From NCBI GenBank assembly GCA_965116875.1, contig OZ220733.1, positions 1,856,001 through 1,920,000 on the forward strand: a stretch of DNA of 64,000 bases, written 5' to 3'. Source of the DNA: Candidatus Latescibacterota bacterium. Lineage in GTDB: Bacteria; Latescibacterota; UBA2968; GCA-2709665. This document shows, piece after piece, positions 38,530 to 47,371 of the stretch (its first letter is position 1; each line of letters opens with the position of its first letter). The notes under the pieces are model-generated. The model was not told the DNA's origin, made no database searches, and saw nothing but the letters and a program-made list of their open reading frames with translations. Position numbers and translations under genes: made by a program.

Positions 38530-39894
38530 CTATTCCTCCCGTCCCGCGACAGCGTCCCGGATCTCCCGTACGCTTCCTTCCAGCCGGTCCAGCCTCTGAT
38601 TGGTCGCCTCGACGTCTTTCTGGATCTTCGTGACGATCGCAGTCTGCTCGTCGAGCTCCTCGGCCTGTATGGATTCCTCTTCCTTGACCAGAATGCTCGT
38701 CAGCGTCGCCGTGAAGACGCCCACCAGAACCATTCCTGTAATCACCAGAAAAACGGTGAGGATTCTGCCGGATGCGGTTTCGGGGTTGTGGATGTCGGCA
38801 TACCCGCCCGTGACGAGCGTTGTAAAGCTCCACCAGAGGCTCTGCCAGAATCCAGAGCCCGACTCCATGTGCTCCAGGAACATGAAAACGCATGCGCCGA
38901 ACACGAGCGACAGGAGGCCGTAAAGAAGCGACCTTTTGAGCAGACGGACGTCCAGCGTGGTGCTGAGGTGGTCCATGCCTCGCCAGAAGAACAGGCCGAT
39001 GCGCATCAGCCGCAGCGCCCGCAAGATCCGCACGGCACGCAGCAGACGCCCCAGGCGCACGACGCCGAGGTCGCCGGAGGCCGCGATAACCTGCACCGGA
39101 GGGAGCGGAATGGACGTGATGAAGTCAATCCAGTTGTTCTTCCAATACCATTTTTTGGAAGCGGCAAGTTTGTGTTCGAAGACGAAGTTGGCCATGAAAA
39201 TGGCACAGCACACCACGTCGATGATCCAGAAGATCCAGAGCGTACCCACCGGGAAATGCGCGTGCACTTCCACAACGGGGTTCTTGTATTTCGCCCCGCT
39301 GTCCACGATGTCCACCCCGGTCAGTTTTCCTCCGGTGACGTGCCCGGAAACGAGCGCGCCGGACCCGGCGTTGTCCACGATGTGTATGTTCACGCGCTCA
39401 TACCCGGCGCCCTGTTTTTGTATGACGATATTGCTGATCTTTCCCGCTTTGACCTCCGCCGTTGCAGCCGCGCCGCCGCCGTTCGCGCCGATGCCAAGCA
39501 GGTCCACGACAAGAATCGAGATCAGAAACAGAATGAGTAAGAAGATGATGATGTCCTTCAGATGAACGTTCCGGACGCTTCCGAGCTTGTCGGCCTGCCT
39601 GTCCATCAGATGTTTCTTCTGGAAGGCCTGGTCGATGACCCTTGCTTTGTCCTCCAGTGTCTGTTTTTCCTCGTTCAACGTCGAGATTCGCGAATCGGCC
39701 GCGTCCAGGTCCAGTTCGTAGCGGCCGTGCTTTTTCTTCAGGGCGACCGTGTCCGCACTTTCGGCCAGGCGGCTGATGTTTTCTTCTTCCTCGGCCAATT
39801 GCTCGTTAACGCTCTCGATTTCCCTCCCGACCACGTCCTTCATTATCCTGATACGGTCGAGGGAACACGATTCGATTCGCTTCAGATTTGCCAT
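38530..39894 (-). CDS. Voltage-gated-type (6TM) cation/potassium channel family protein
   Basis: NWIDFITSIP, S4 RLGRLLRAVRILRALRLMR, pore helix SLWWSFTTLVTGGYAD, GRIL; N- and C-terminal coiled coils. Confidence 0.82.
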   Translation of the reverse strand: MANLKRIESCSLDRIRIMKDVVGREIESVNEQLAEEEENISRLAESADTVALKKKHGRYELDLDAADSRISTLNEEKQTLEDKARVIDQAFQKKHLMDRQADKLGSVRNVHLKDIIIFLLILFLISILVVDLLGIGANGGGAAATAEVKAGKISNIVIQKQGAGYERVNIHIVDNAGSGALVSGHVTGGKLTGVDIVDSGAKYKNPVVEVHAHFPVGTLWIFWIIDVVCCAIFMANFVFEHKLAASKKWYWKNNWIDFITSIPLPPVQVIAASGDLGVVRLGRLLRAVRILRALRLMRIGLFFWRGMDHLSTTLDVRLLKRSLLYGLLSLVFGACVFMFLEHMESGSGFWQSLWWSFTTLVTGGYADIHNPETASGRILTVFLVITGMVLVGVFTATLTSILVKEEESIQAEELDEQTAIVTKIQKDVEATNQRLDRLEGSVREIRDAVAGREE

Positions 39895-39981
39895 CGCTGT
39901 CCTTGCAAATTCAGGTTGAGTATGAAATCACTGCTGTCCAAGACTGAAACCGACCTGGGAACGGTGGGGTTGGCGTTCCCG

Positions 39982-40008
39982 GGAGCGAGGGCAGGATGCC
40001 CTCGCTCC
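39982..40008. repeat. REP-like palindrome
   Basis: ggagcgagggcaggatgccctcgctcc; related copy at about 16416-16439. Confidence 0.65.
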
Positions 40009-40213
40009 GGAAATTAGTGGATCGTGCCGTGATAGAGTGCAAATTGCCGGCAGTCGGCTGCGGCTTTACGCCGTGCGGTCATCGGTTTGCCCTCTCATCG
40101 ATACCTTCCGCCATAGCCGCGCGTTATCTGCGAAGGTGAAAATAAGAAAGTGGCTTAATAGCGATAAAGGCTAAATCCGCTAATAATGTAATAAAGAAGC
40201 ACGAGCAAGAAAA

Positions 40214-40242
40214 GAACTGGCTTCAAATGTGAAAGCCAGTTC
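40214..40242 (-). terminator. Rho-independent terminator downstream of the antitoxin cluster
   Basis: Minus strand GAACTGGCTTTCACATTTGAAGCCAGTTC followed by TTTT. Confidence 0.6.
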
Positions 40243-40286
40243 CTGGAAAAAGGCATCGCTGGAAGGTGGTTTCCAAAACGTTGACG

Positions 40287-40460
40287 CTATTCGCCCCGCT
40301 GTGCAAGGAACCGCGCCAGGGCGCCCGGTCGTCGCGCCACCGGCTTGAGTGCCTGACCTGGCGCTTCGGATGGCACCAGGATCCCACGCCGTCGAAGATC
40401 ATCCAGCCGCTCTTCAATCGAGTGCTGTTTTTGACGCCGGATTCTGCGGATCTCATCCAC
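40287..40460 (-). CDS. Short Phd/VapB-like antitoxin C-terminal fragment (57 aa)
   Basis: GAGGAGG RBS before GTG; EERLDDLRRRGILVP...RPGALARFLAQR resembles the C-terminal half of Phd/YefM-VapB antitoxins; no PIN toxin follows. Confidence 0.5.
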   Translation of the reverse strand: MDEIRRIRRQKQHSIEERLDDLRRRGILVPSEAPGQALKPVARRPGALARFLAQRGE

Positions 40461-40480
40461 GGATAGTCCTCCTCGTCCTG

Positions 40481-40576
40481 TCAAACGCATCGTGCAATGC
40501 AATCGAATTGTGTAGCCCTGAAGCCCTGCAGAGTTAGGCGGGACCTGCCGACATTGCGGGGCTTTTCACGTGTCAT
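40481..40576 (-). pseudogene. Stub of AbiEii nucleotidyltransferase toxin
   Basis: ATGA overlap with the AbiEi stop; begins MTREKPRNV like AbiEii N-termini, then loses similarity and stops after 31 aa. Confidence 0.5.
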
Positions 40577-41175
40577 ACTTGAAGCGCCTCCAGGTAGCTC
40601 CGCACAACCGTCTGCGCGCGGCAGACTTCAGCGGCTCGCACAATTTCGTCCACTGTGACGGCACGCGATCGCAGGGCATCCTCAAGCGCCTCAAGCGCTA
40701 TATCGAGTCCAATTTTGTTGCGATAGCGGAAACAATCCACGACAGTTCGGGCTGGCGAAGTGATGCGGAACGGCACCCCAAGCACCGATTCGCGGGTTAC
40801 GCCATAGGATAGCATCGCGCCGGAGAAACGGACTACCCGTACCCGGGCGGGCGCACGGGTGGGTTTGCGGGCTTTTCGGTCAAGAGCAATCCAGGTCACG
40901 TGAGGCGACTGTGTACCGATTTCATGGAAGCGTAGCGCCGTCAGAAGGCACATAATGGCGCTCGGTATGGCTACAGCTACCATTGCGATCGTTTCTGACT
41001 CTGTCGCTTCAACCTCGGAGATTCGGTAAAGGCCGTTTCCGAGACTGTCGACCAGTCCATCAGCGACAAGACCCGTGAGTTTCCGATGTGATATCCCAAA
41101 CTGCGCGAGGTCTCTCGGTCTAAAATAGGTACCCAGGCCGACTCTTTGTGGTTGAGCGATATCCATGAGGGTCAA
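40573..41175 (-). CDS. Type IV TA AbiEi family antitoxin / transcriptional regulator
   Basis: wHTH (LVADGLVDSLGNGLY), CLLTALRFHEIGTQ, SPARTVVDCFRYRNKIGLDIALEAL. Confidence 0.88.
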   Translation of the reverse strand: MTLMDIAQPQRVGLGTYFRPRDLAQFGISHRKLTGLVADGLVDSLGNGLYRISEVEATESETIAMVAVAIPSAIMCLLTALRFHEIGTQSPHVTWIALDRKARKPTRAPARVRVVRFSGAMLSYGVTRESVLGVPFRITSPARTVVDCFRYRNKIGLDIALEALEDALRSRAVTVDEIVRAAEVCRAQTVVRSYLEALQV

Positions 41176-41246
41176 TCATCCGCAAATTGATATAAAATGT
41201 CGGCAGTTCGAATTATTAGCCGACGTTTGTTGTCATTTGGCCGCAC

Positions 41247-41558
41247 CTACGTGAGGTCTAACACACGTGGTGAAATCGTCTTCAGTTTCTCTGCCTCAGA
41301 CCGGGTCGCGTGATACAGGTCCCAACGTAGCTGGAGATTCAGCCAGAATGCTGCTGAAACGTTGAAATATCTTCCCAGGCGCAGGGCGGTGCTGGGAGTG
41401 ATACCGCGTCTGCCATTCACCAGTTCGTTGACCCGTTGATAGGGAACATGAATGGCGGTAGCCAATTCGCGCTGCGTTAAACACATTGGGTTCAGAAATT
41501 CCTCCAGTAACATCTCACCCGGATGAGTCGGGACACGATGGGTTGGAATACGTACCAT
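41247..41558 (-). CDS. higA: HigA family antitoxin
   Basis: PTHPGEMLLEEFL, RVNELVNGRRGITPSTALRL, FWLNLQ; GGAGG RBS. Confidence 0.92.
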   Translation of the reverse strand: MVRIPTHRVPTHPGEMLLEEFLNPMCLTQRELATAIHVPYQRVNELVNGRRGITPSTALRLGRYFNVSAAFWLNLQLRWDLYHATRSEAEKLKTISPRVLDLT

Positions 41559-41580
41559 AATCCACACCTCCGATTATTCG

Positions 41581-41601
41581 TTAGTGATAGTCGACGATTT
41601 T
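41581..41601 (-). pseudogene. 3' stub of deleted HigB toxin
   Basis: Encodes KIVDYH*, matching the conserved (E)IVDYH C-terminus of HigB toxins, at the expected position upstream of higA. Confidence 0.6.
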
Positions 41602-41680
41602 AGACAGTTGTGATTACTTACAAAACACCTGGATACAGTGGCAAGTTTGAAACCTGCCATTGCAGTAAGGCGTCGGATTC

Positions 41681-41719
41681 GACAAGACCCCGGCGGAATG
41701 GTTCCGTCGGGGTCTTGTC
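41681..41719 (-). terminator. Hairpin downstream of tRNA-Lys
   Basis: gacaagaccccggcggaa-tgg-ttccgtcggggtcttgtc. Confidence 0.65.
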
Positions 41720-41755
41720 TTCGTCATCGGACCGTCAGTTGAGACGGCCGAAATC

Positions 41756-41831
41756 TGGTGCGCCCACAGGGAATCGAACCCCGAACCTTCTGATTAAGAG
41801 TCAGCTGCTCTGCCTGTTGAGCTATGGGCGC
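41756..41831 (-). tRNA. tRNA-Lys (CTT)
   Basis: GCGCCCATAGCTCAACAGGCAGAGCAGCTGACTCTTAATCAGAAGGTTCGGGGTTCGATTCCCTGTGGGCGCACCA: cloverleaf, GGTTCGA T-loop, encoded CCA. Confidence 0.97.
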
Positions 41832-42045
41832 ATTGTCGTGTCAGGAACGTCGCCGGATGCGGGCGCCCACAAGGGACGCCCCTACACGGAGAGGGGTCGG
41901 CGACGGGCTGTCGTGTGGCATTGAAAGGATAGCGTAACGCGGGCATTTCGACAAGCTTGCTTCGACAGGCTCAGCACGGGCAATGACCACGCAGCGAGAC
42001 GGGACGTTTCGGCGGATGAATGGTGGCAAATTTCCGGGTCAACAC

Positions 42046-42516
42046 CTACGTCCGAACGTAATCCCCGCTGCGGCCGCCGGTTTTTCTCAGGAGGCGGATG
42101 TCCCGGATGGCCATGTCCTTATCCACGGCCTTGCACATGTCGTAGACGGTCAGCAGCGCCGCGCTCACGGCCGTCAGCGCTTCCATCTCCACGCCGGTCC
42201 TGCCCGTCACGCGGACGCTGGCTTCCGCTTCGATCCGATCCTGTCCCACCTCGAAGCGGATCTCAATGCCCGTGGGATCGACCGGATGGCAGAGCGGAAT
42301 CAGTTCCCACGTCCGTTTCGCCGCCATGATTCCGGCGATCCGGGCGGTTTCCAGCACGTTTCCCTTGGGCAATTCCCCACCGGAAACCAGCCGCGCCGTC
42401 TCCGGCGCCATGACGATTTCGCCGCCCGCGACCGCCTCGCGCCCGGTCACGGCTTTCTCCGTGACGTCCACCATCCTCACGGTCCCATCTTCGGCAATGT
42501 GGGTCAGATTCGCCAT
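42046..42516 (-). CDS. moaC: Cyclic pyranopterin monophosphate synthase
   Basis: MVDVTEK, AGIMAAKRT, LIPLCHP, TGVEMEAL, YDMCKAVD, KTGGRSG. Confidence 0.97.
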   Translation of the reverse strand: MANLTHIAEDGTVRMVDVTEKAVTGREAVAGGEIVMAPETARLVSGGELPKGNVLETARIAGIMAAKRTWELIPLCHPVDPTGIEIRFEVGQDRIEAEASVRVTGRTGVEMEALTAVSAALLTVYDMCKAVDKDMAIRDIRLLRKTGGRSGDYVRT

Positions 42517-42590
42517 GTCAAATGTATGAAGGATGCTTGAACCTGCAAGTTATTCAGTCAGATGTCTGATAAAGGAAGGCCCTCTCTTCG

Positions 42591-43817
42591 TTACCATTCT
42601 TCCAGCAGCACGACGTCCACCTCCGTGCCCGCCTCGAGCGCTTCGACCTCGGCCTCCACCACGAAGAGGCTGTTCGCGCGGGAAAGCGAAAACAGGTCCG
42701 CCGATCCGTGGTGGCCCACCCAGTCGCTCTCCCAGCATCCGTTGACCTTCCGGGACCGGGCCGGTACGAACTGCTTGCGCCCGGGCGACTGCCGGAACCC
42801 CTGCGCCAGCCTGCCCCGGACCATCGGCCGATGGACCTCGGACACTCGCTGCATCTTTCGAACGGCCGGGCGGACCAGCAGTTCCAGTCCCACCACCGCC
42901 GACACCGGATTTCCCGGAAGCCCGAAGACAAGCTTGTTCCCTCGCGCGCCGAACGTGAGGGGTTTGCCCGGCTTCATCCGGATTCTGTCGAAATAGATCT
43001 CCACGCCGCAGTCTCGCATCGCACCCTGCACGAGGTCGTAAATCCCGGCCGATACGCCCCCGGAAAGCAGGACCACGTCGCACTCGTCCAGGCCGCGGGA
43101 AATAACGGCTTTCAGGGCGTCTTCGTCGTCTTCAACAATGCCCAGATACCGCGTCTGCGCGCCGGATTTGAGCGCCTGCGCCATCATCGAATATCCGTTG
43201 CTGTTCCGGATCTGCCCCTCCGCCGGGTTGTTTCCGGGCTCCACGATCTCGCTGCCGGTGGCGACCACCCCCACTACGGGACGGCGATACACAGGTACGT
43301 CGACCACCCCCACCGCCGCAAGGATTCCAATCTCGGGAGGACGAATCCACGTTCCGGCTTCAAGTACCACCTGATTGCGCCTCACGTCCTCCCCGAGCGG
43401 CGCGACGTTGCGCCCCGGTTCCGTCGGCGCCAGCACCCGCACGCCCTCCCCGTCCCGTTCCGAAACGGTATCTTCCACCATAACGACCGTGTCCGCGCCA
43501 TCGGGCATCGGCGCGCCCGTCATGATTCGGGCCGCCCGACCGGGAGAAACCGTCTCTTGAGGAACGGACCCGGCAGGGATTTCTTCGATCACGTCGAGAA
43601 CGGCCGGTCTTTCCCGGCATGCGTTCGAGACGTCTCCGCCAACCACCGCGTAGCCGTCCATCGTCGCTTTGTCGAACGGCGGCATGTCAATGTCCGACCG
43701 CACCTCTTCCGCAAGCGTACACCCCAGGGCGTCCATCAGGCCGGCGGTCGTCTTGTCGATCGGAGACGTATGCTGAAGGACGAGGTCAATCGCCTCGTCC
43801 ATGGTGATCATATCCAT
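42591..43817 (-). CDS. moeA: Molybdopterin molybdenumtransferase
   Basis: PPFDKATMDGYAV, IMTGAPMP, TGSE, SGGVSAG, KPGKP, LPGNPVS. Confidence 0.95.
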   Translation of the reverse strand: MDMITMDEAIDLVLQHTSPIDKTTAGLMDALGCTLAEEVRSDIDMPPFDKATMDGYAVVGGDVSNACRERPAVLDVIEEIPAGSVPQETVSPGRAARIMTGAPMPDGADTVVMVEDTVSERDGEGVRVLAPTEPGRNVAPLGEDVRRNQVVLEAGTWIRPPEIGILAAVGVVDVPVYRRPVVGVVATGSEIVEPGNNPAEGQIRNSNGYSMMAQALKSGAQTRYLGIVEDDEDALKAVISRGLDECDVVLLSGGVSAGIYDLVQGAMRDCGVEIYFDRIRMKPGKPLTFGARGNKLVFGLPGNPVSAVVGLELLVRPAVRKMQRVSEVHRPMVRGRLAQGFRQSPGRKQFVPARSRKVNGCWESDWVGHHGSADLFSLSRANSLFVVEAEVEALEAGTEVDVVLLEEW

Positions 43818-44121
43818 CGGTGGTCCCCAACAATGTGTAACATCGGTCAATAAATATATATAAACCCCGCACAAATGTCACTTCCAAATGGAATTCGCCA
43901 ACCGGTTCAACGCCAATCGTGTTCTTCCGGGCCCGTGATTTGACATTACCACGTCGAATGCCTACATTATCATCGGACCGAAGCGCTGAATTCCCGGATT
44001 CCGCACAACCGCCACGCGATCGCCGGACTCAGCCCGCGATGACCCGGAAGAGGAAGCCGGTTCCGACCCCGTTTTCGACGCAGCATCCTCATCTTGACGC
44101 ACCTCCGGGGACAAACACGCC

Positions 44122-44859
44122 ATGAAGGATACGCACGTCAAAACCGCCATTATCACGGGCGCGGGCACCGGCATCGGCCGCGCCATCGCAGTTGCCTTCA
44201 GCAATGCAGGCATGAATTGCATCCTGGCCGGACGCCGCGCCGACGTGCTGGAAGAAACCGCAGGGTCAGTTCGCGATTCCGGGACAGAGACGCTGTGCGT
44301 ACAGGCCGACGTCACCTGCAGGGACTCTGTCAAAGCCCTCTCGGACCGGGCCGTCGAGCGTTTCGGGCGTATCGATATCCTGGTAAACAACGCCGGCATC
44401 AACACCCTGCAGCGCGGCCTCAGGGACATATCCGACGAGGACTGGGACCGTGTCGTCGACATCAATCTCACCGGCGCCTTCAACGCGTTCCGGGCTACGA
44501 TGCCGCACATGGAGAAACAGGGCGACGGACTGGTCATCAATATCTCTTCCATGGCCGGCAAACGGTCCGGCATGATCGCGGGCGTTGCCTATTGCGCGTC
44601 CAAGTTTGGAATGGCCGCCCTGAACCAGTCCATCAACGCGGAGTTCCGTGAGACCGGTATCCGGGCCTGCTGCATCTTTCCCGGAGAGGTCGATACGCCC
44701 ATCCTGGATCTTCGCCCCAACCCCGTCTCCGACCAAAAGCGAGCGGCCGCGCTCGCGCCGGAAGACGTCGCCGCCGCCGCGCTGATGGTCGCACAGTTGC
44801 CCGGCCGCGCGATCGTCGAGGAGATCACGATCTTTCCCAGCCGGGTCGTTGAAAAGTAA
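44122..44859 (+). CDS. SDR family oxidoreductase
   Basis: TGAGTGIG, NNAG, YCASK. Confidence 0.92.
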   Translation: MKDTHVKTAIITGAGTGIGRAIAVAFSNAGMNCILAGRRADVLEETAGSVRDSGTETLCVQADVTCRDSVKALSDRAVERFGRIDILVNNAGINTLQRGLRDISDEDWDRVVDINLTGAFNAFRATMPHMEKQGDGLVINISSMAGKRSGMIAGVAYCASKFGMAALNQSINAEFRETGIRACCIFPGEVDTPILDLRPNPVSDQKRAAALAPEDVAAAALMVAQLPGRAIVEEITIFPSRVVEK

Positions 44860-45007
44860 AGGGTTCGATACGCAGGTCAAACCCACGGACGACGCGCATA
44901 TGTCACTGCGCCGCAACAATCTCCTTGTCTACAGTACGCGTTTTTGTTACATTTGTATAACCTATAATAATATAAGATGTTTATAAGCAACGAAGGGTCA
45001 GGTAAAT

Positions 45008-46549
45008 GTGAAGAGCGAAATCGTAATCAACGTAGGGTCGCACGAATCAAGAATTGCCGTTCTGGAAGATGGAAAGCTGGTGGAAATACTCGTCGAATGC
45101 GCCGAGAACGAGCGCATGGTGGGCGATATCTACAAGGGAACCGTATCCGCGGTGCTTCCCGGAATGCAGGCCGCATTTGTGGATATCGGCCTTGAGAAAA
45201 GCGCTTTTCTGCACGCCTCGGACATGCCTGGTTCGCCCGGATCGATGGTGGGACTGAACGATGAAACCCTCGAGGAAATCGACGCGCGAACCCACGTAAA
45301 CGGCAAATCGGTCATCCCCATAGAACAACTCATCCAGAAGGGCCAGGAGGTCCTCGTTCAGGTCAAGAAAGAACCCATTGGCACGAAGGGTCCCAGGGTT
45401 ACGGCGGTACCCTCGCTGCCGGGCCGGTTCATGGTGCTGGTGCCCAACGGGGAGAAGGTGGGCGTTTCCCGGAAGATCACCAACTTACCCGAGAAACGGA
45501 GGCTGAAGGATCTCGGGCGAGACATACGCCCCGAAGGTTATGGCATCATCGTGCGGACCGAAGCCTCCGGCAAGGGCGACCGGGAGATGGTGCGGGACCT
45601 GAAGCAGTTGATGAACGCCTGGTCGCGCATTCAGAAACAGTTCAGGATCGCCGACCCGGTGAGCATATTGCACAAAGAAATGGGCATGACGTCGAGTCTC
45701 ATACGCGACCTGTTTACCGACGACGTGGACCGTCTGGTGGTTGACGCAAAGCAGGAATACAAGAAGATACTGGCATATCTTAAATCGACTTCGCCTCATC
45801 TCCGGGAACGTGTGGAATACCACAGAGACAGCGCGCCTGTCTTCGACGCATTCGGTGTCGAGAGCGAGATCGAGAAATGCTCTGACCGCAAGGTCTGGCT
45901 GAAGGGAGGCGGATACCTGGTACTGGACCACACCGAGGCCCTGGTCGCCATCGACGTGAACAGCGGCCGCTTCGTGGGCCGTTCGAACCAGGAAGAGAAC
46001 GTTTTGAAAATCAACCTGGAGGCCGCCCGTGAAATCGCGCGCCAGCTTCGCCTGCGCGATATCGGGGGCATCATCGTGATCGATTTCATCGACATGGCCA
46101 TCGCCCAGAACCGCAAGAAGGTCGAGAATGAATTCCGGCAGGCCGTACGCCGCGACCGGTCCAGGCCCCGATTTTCGGAAATCAGCGAGTTCGGTCTCAT
46201 GGAGATGACGAGGCAGCGGGTACGGCCGAGCCTTATGTTCACCTTCAGCGAGACCTGTCCCAACTGCCACGGCAGCGGGCGCGTGCCCAGCCGGGAGTCC
46301 ACACTCGCCCGCATCGAGCGGTGGCTCAAGCGGTCCAGGGCCTCATCCGTGGATCGGAGGCTTACCGTACACGTCAACCCCACGGTGGGTGATTTCATCC
46401 TCGAAAACCGGCGCGAACGTCTCAAGAGGCTGCGACGTTCCACCCGGGTCTGGCTGAACGTGGAGAACGACCCCGACCTGTCCGTTGACGGGTACCGGAT
46501 GGTTTCCCGGAAGCGTAACCTGGACATTACGGACAAATTTAAGACTTGA
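45008..46549 (+). CDS. rng: Ribonuclease E/G family
   Basis: S1 domain GDIYKG...AAFVDIG, KEPIGTKGPR, IDVNSG, RLRDIGGIIVIDFIDM, CPNCHGSG; upstream of rplU. Confidence 0.93.
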   Translation: MKSEIVINVGSHESRIAVLEDGKLVEILVECAENERMVGDIYKGTVSAVLPGMQAAFVDIGLEKSAFLHASDMPGSPGSMVGLNDETLEEIDARTHVNGKSVIPIEQLIQKGQEVLVQVKKEPIGTKGPRVTAVPSLPGRFMVLVPNGEKVGVSRKITNLPEKRRLKDLGRDIRPEGYGIIVRTEASGKGDREMVRDLKQLMNAWSRIQKQFRIADPVSILHKEMGMTSSLIRDLFTDDVDRLVVDAKQEYKKILAYLKSTSPHLRERVEYHRDSAPVFDAFGVESEIEKCSDRKVWLKGGGYLVLDHTEALVAIDVNSGRFVGRSNQEENVLKINLEAAREIARQLRLRDIGGIIVIDFIDMAIAQNRKKVENEFRQAVRRDRSRPRFSEISEFGLMEMTRQRVRPSLMFTFSETCPNCHGSGRVPSRESTLARIERWLKRSRASSVDRRLTVHVNPTVGDFILENRRERLKRLRRSTRVWLNVENDPDLSVDGYRMVSRKRNLDITDKFKT

Positions 46550-46637
46550 CAAAACCTCCCGTCTTTGTTACCGTTTTCGGCCCGTTTCGCGCCTGAAACG
46601 GCCGGATGCGCCAAATCGAAATGTGGAGGTTTTCTTC

Positions 46638-46949
46638 ATGTACGCCGTTGTGGAAATCGCCGGTCAACAGGTCAAGGTTCAGGAAGGAGATCGCATTCGC
46701 GTCTCCCGGCTGAAGGCCGAAGCCGGTGAATCACTCACCCTGGATCGCGTACTGCTGGTGTCCAAAGACGGCGAAACCAGCATTGGCAGGCCGCAGGTCG
46801 ATGGGGCCGCCGTCGAGGCCAGCGTTCTGGGGCACGGAAAGCACGACAAAATCACAATCTTTAAAATGAAACGCCGAAAGGGCTACCGGCGGAAGAACGG
46901 CCACCGGCAGCCCTTTACGGAACTCCGGATCGACGGCATTTCACCGTAA
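46638..46949 (+). CDS. rplU: 50S ribosomal protein L21
   Basis: MYAVVEIAGQQVKV...KRRKGYRRKNGHRQPFT. Confidence 0.97.
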   Translation: MYAVVEIAGQQVKVQEGDRIRVSRLKAEAGESLTLDRVLLVSKDGETSIGRPQVDGAAVEASVLGHGKHDKITIFKMKRRKGYRRKNGHRQPFTELRIDGISP

Positions 46950-47015
46950 ACCGACTCCTGCCGCGGTATCGGGAATTTCACCGATCCGCGCGAGGCAGGG
47001 GAGGAGGGTATCCGT

Positions 47016-47279
47016 ATGGCCCACAAAAAAGGGGTCGGAAGTTCCCGTAACGGTCGCGACAGCCGCGGACAGCGCCTGGGCGTCAAAGTCTTCGGCGGTG
47101 AGTTTGTCACCGCGGGCAGTATCATCGTCCGGCAGCGTGGCACGCGGATCCATCCGGGAAACATGGTACGGCGCGCCAAAGACGATTCGCTTTTTGCCCT
47201 GGTCGACGGCATCGTGACCTTTCAGAATATGTACAAGCACCGGAAGAAGGTCAGCGTCTACCCCTCAGCAGCCCATTGA
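47016..47279 (+). CDS. rpmA: 50S ribosomal protein L27
   Basis: [16 protein letters not shown]...RQRGT. Confidence 0.98.
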   Translation: MAHKKGVGSSRNGRDSRGQRLGVKVFGGEFVTAGSIIVRQRGTRIHPGNMVRRAKDDSLFALVDGIVTFQNMYKHRKKVSVYPSAAH

Positions 47280-47352
47280 AAAAGCCCATCCGGGCTACCT
47301 GCCTGCCAGGACTTCACTGGCAGGCCTGCAGAGCGACTTTATCAACGGACTG
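47269..47352. mobile_element. MITE-like element with imperfect terminal inverted repeats
   Basis: Left end cagcccattgaaaaagc, right end (reverse complement) cagtccgttgataaagt; internal palindrome cctgccagg...ctggcagg; second copy at 11613. Confidence 0.55.
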
Positions 47353-47371
47353 ATAGCGGAGTAGCCCGGCA

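Noticed and set aside
37451-39540. Long shadow ORFs (e.g. 37522-39540 +, 37451-38893 -, and similarly 12260-13789 +, 14560-15882 +)
   Set aside because: Antisense or alternate-frame ORFs over well-supported genes, typical of high-GC DNA, with no motifs.
40155-40256. 33-aa hydrophobic ORF (MPFSRNWLSHLKPVLFLLVLLYYIISGFSLYRY) as a type I toxin
   Set aside because: No RBS, runs through a terminator hairpin, and the hydrophobicity is explained by T-rich sequence.
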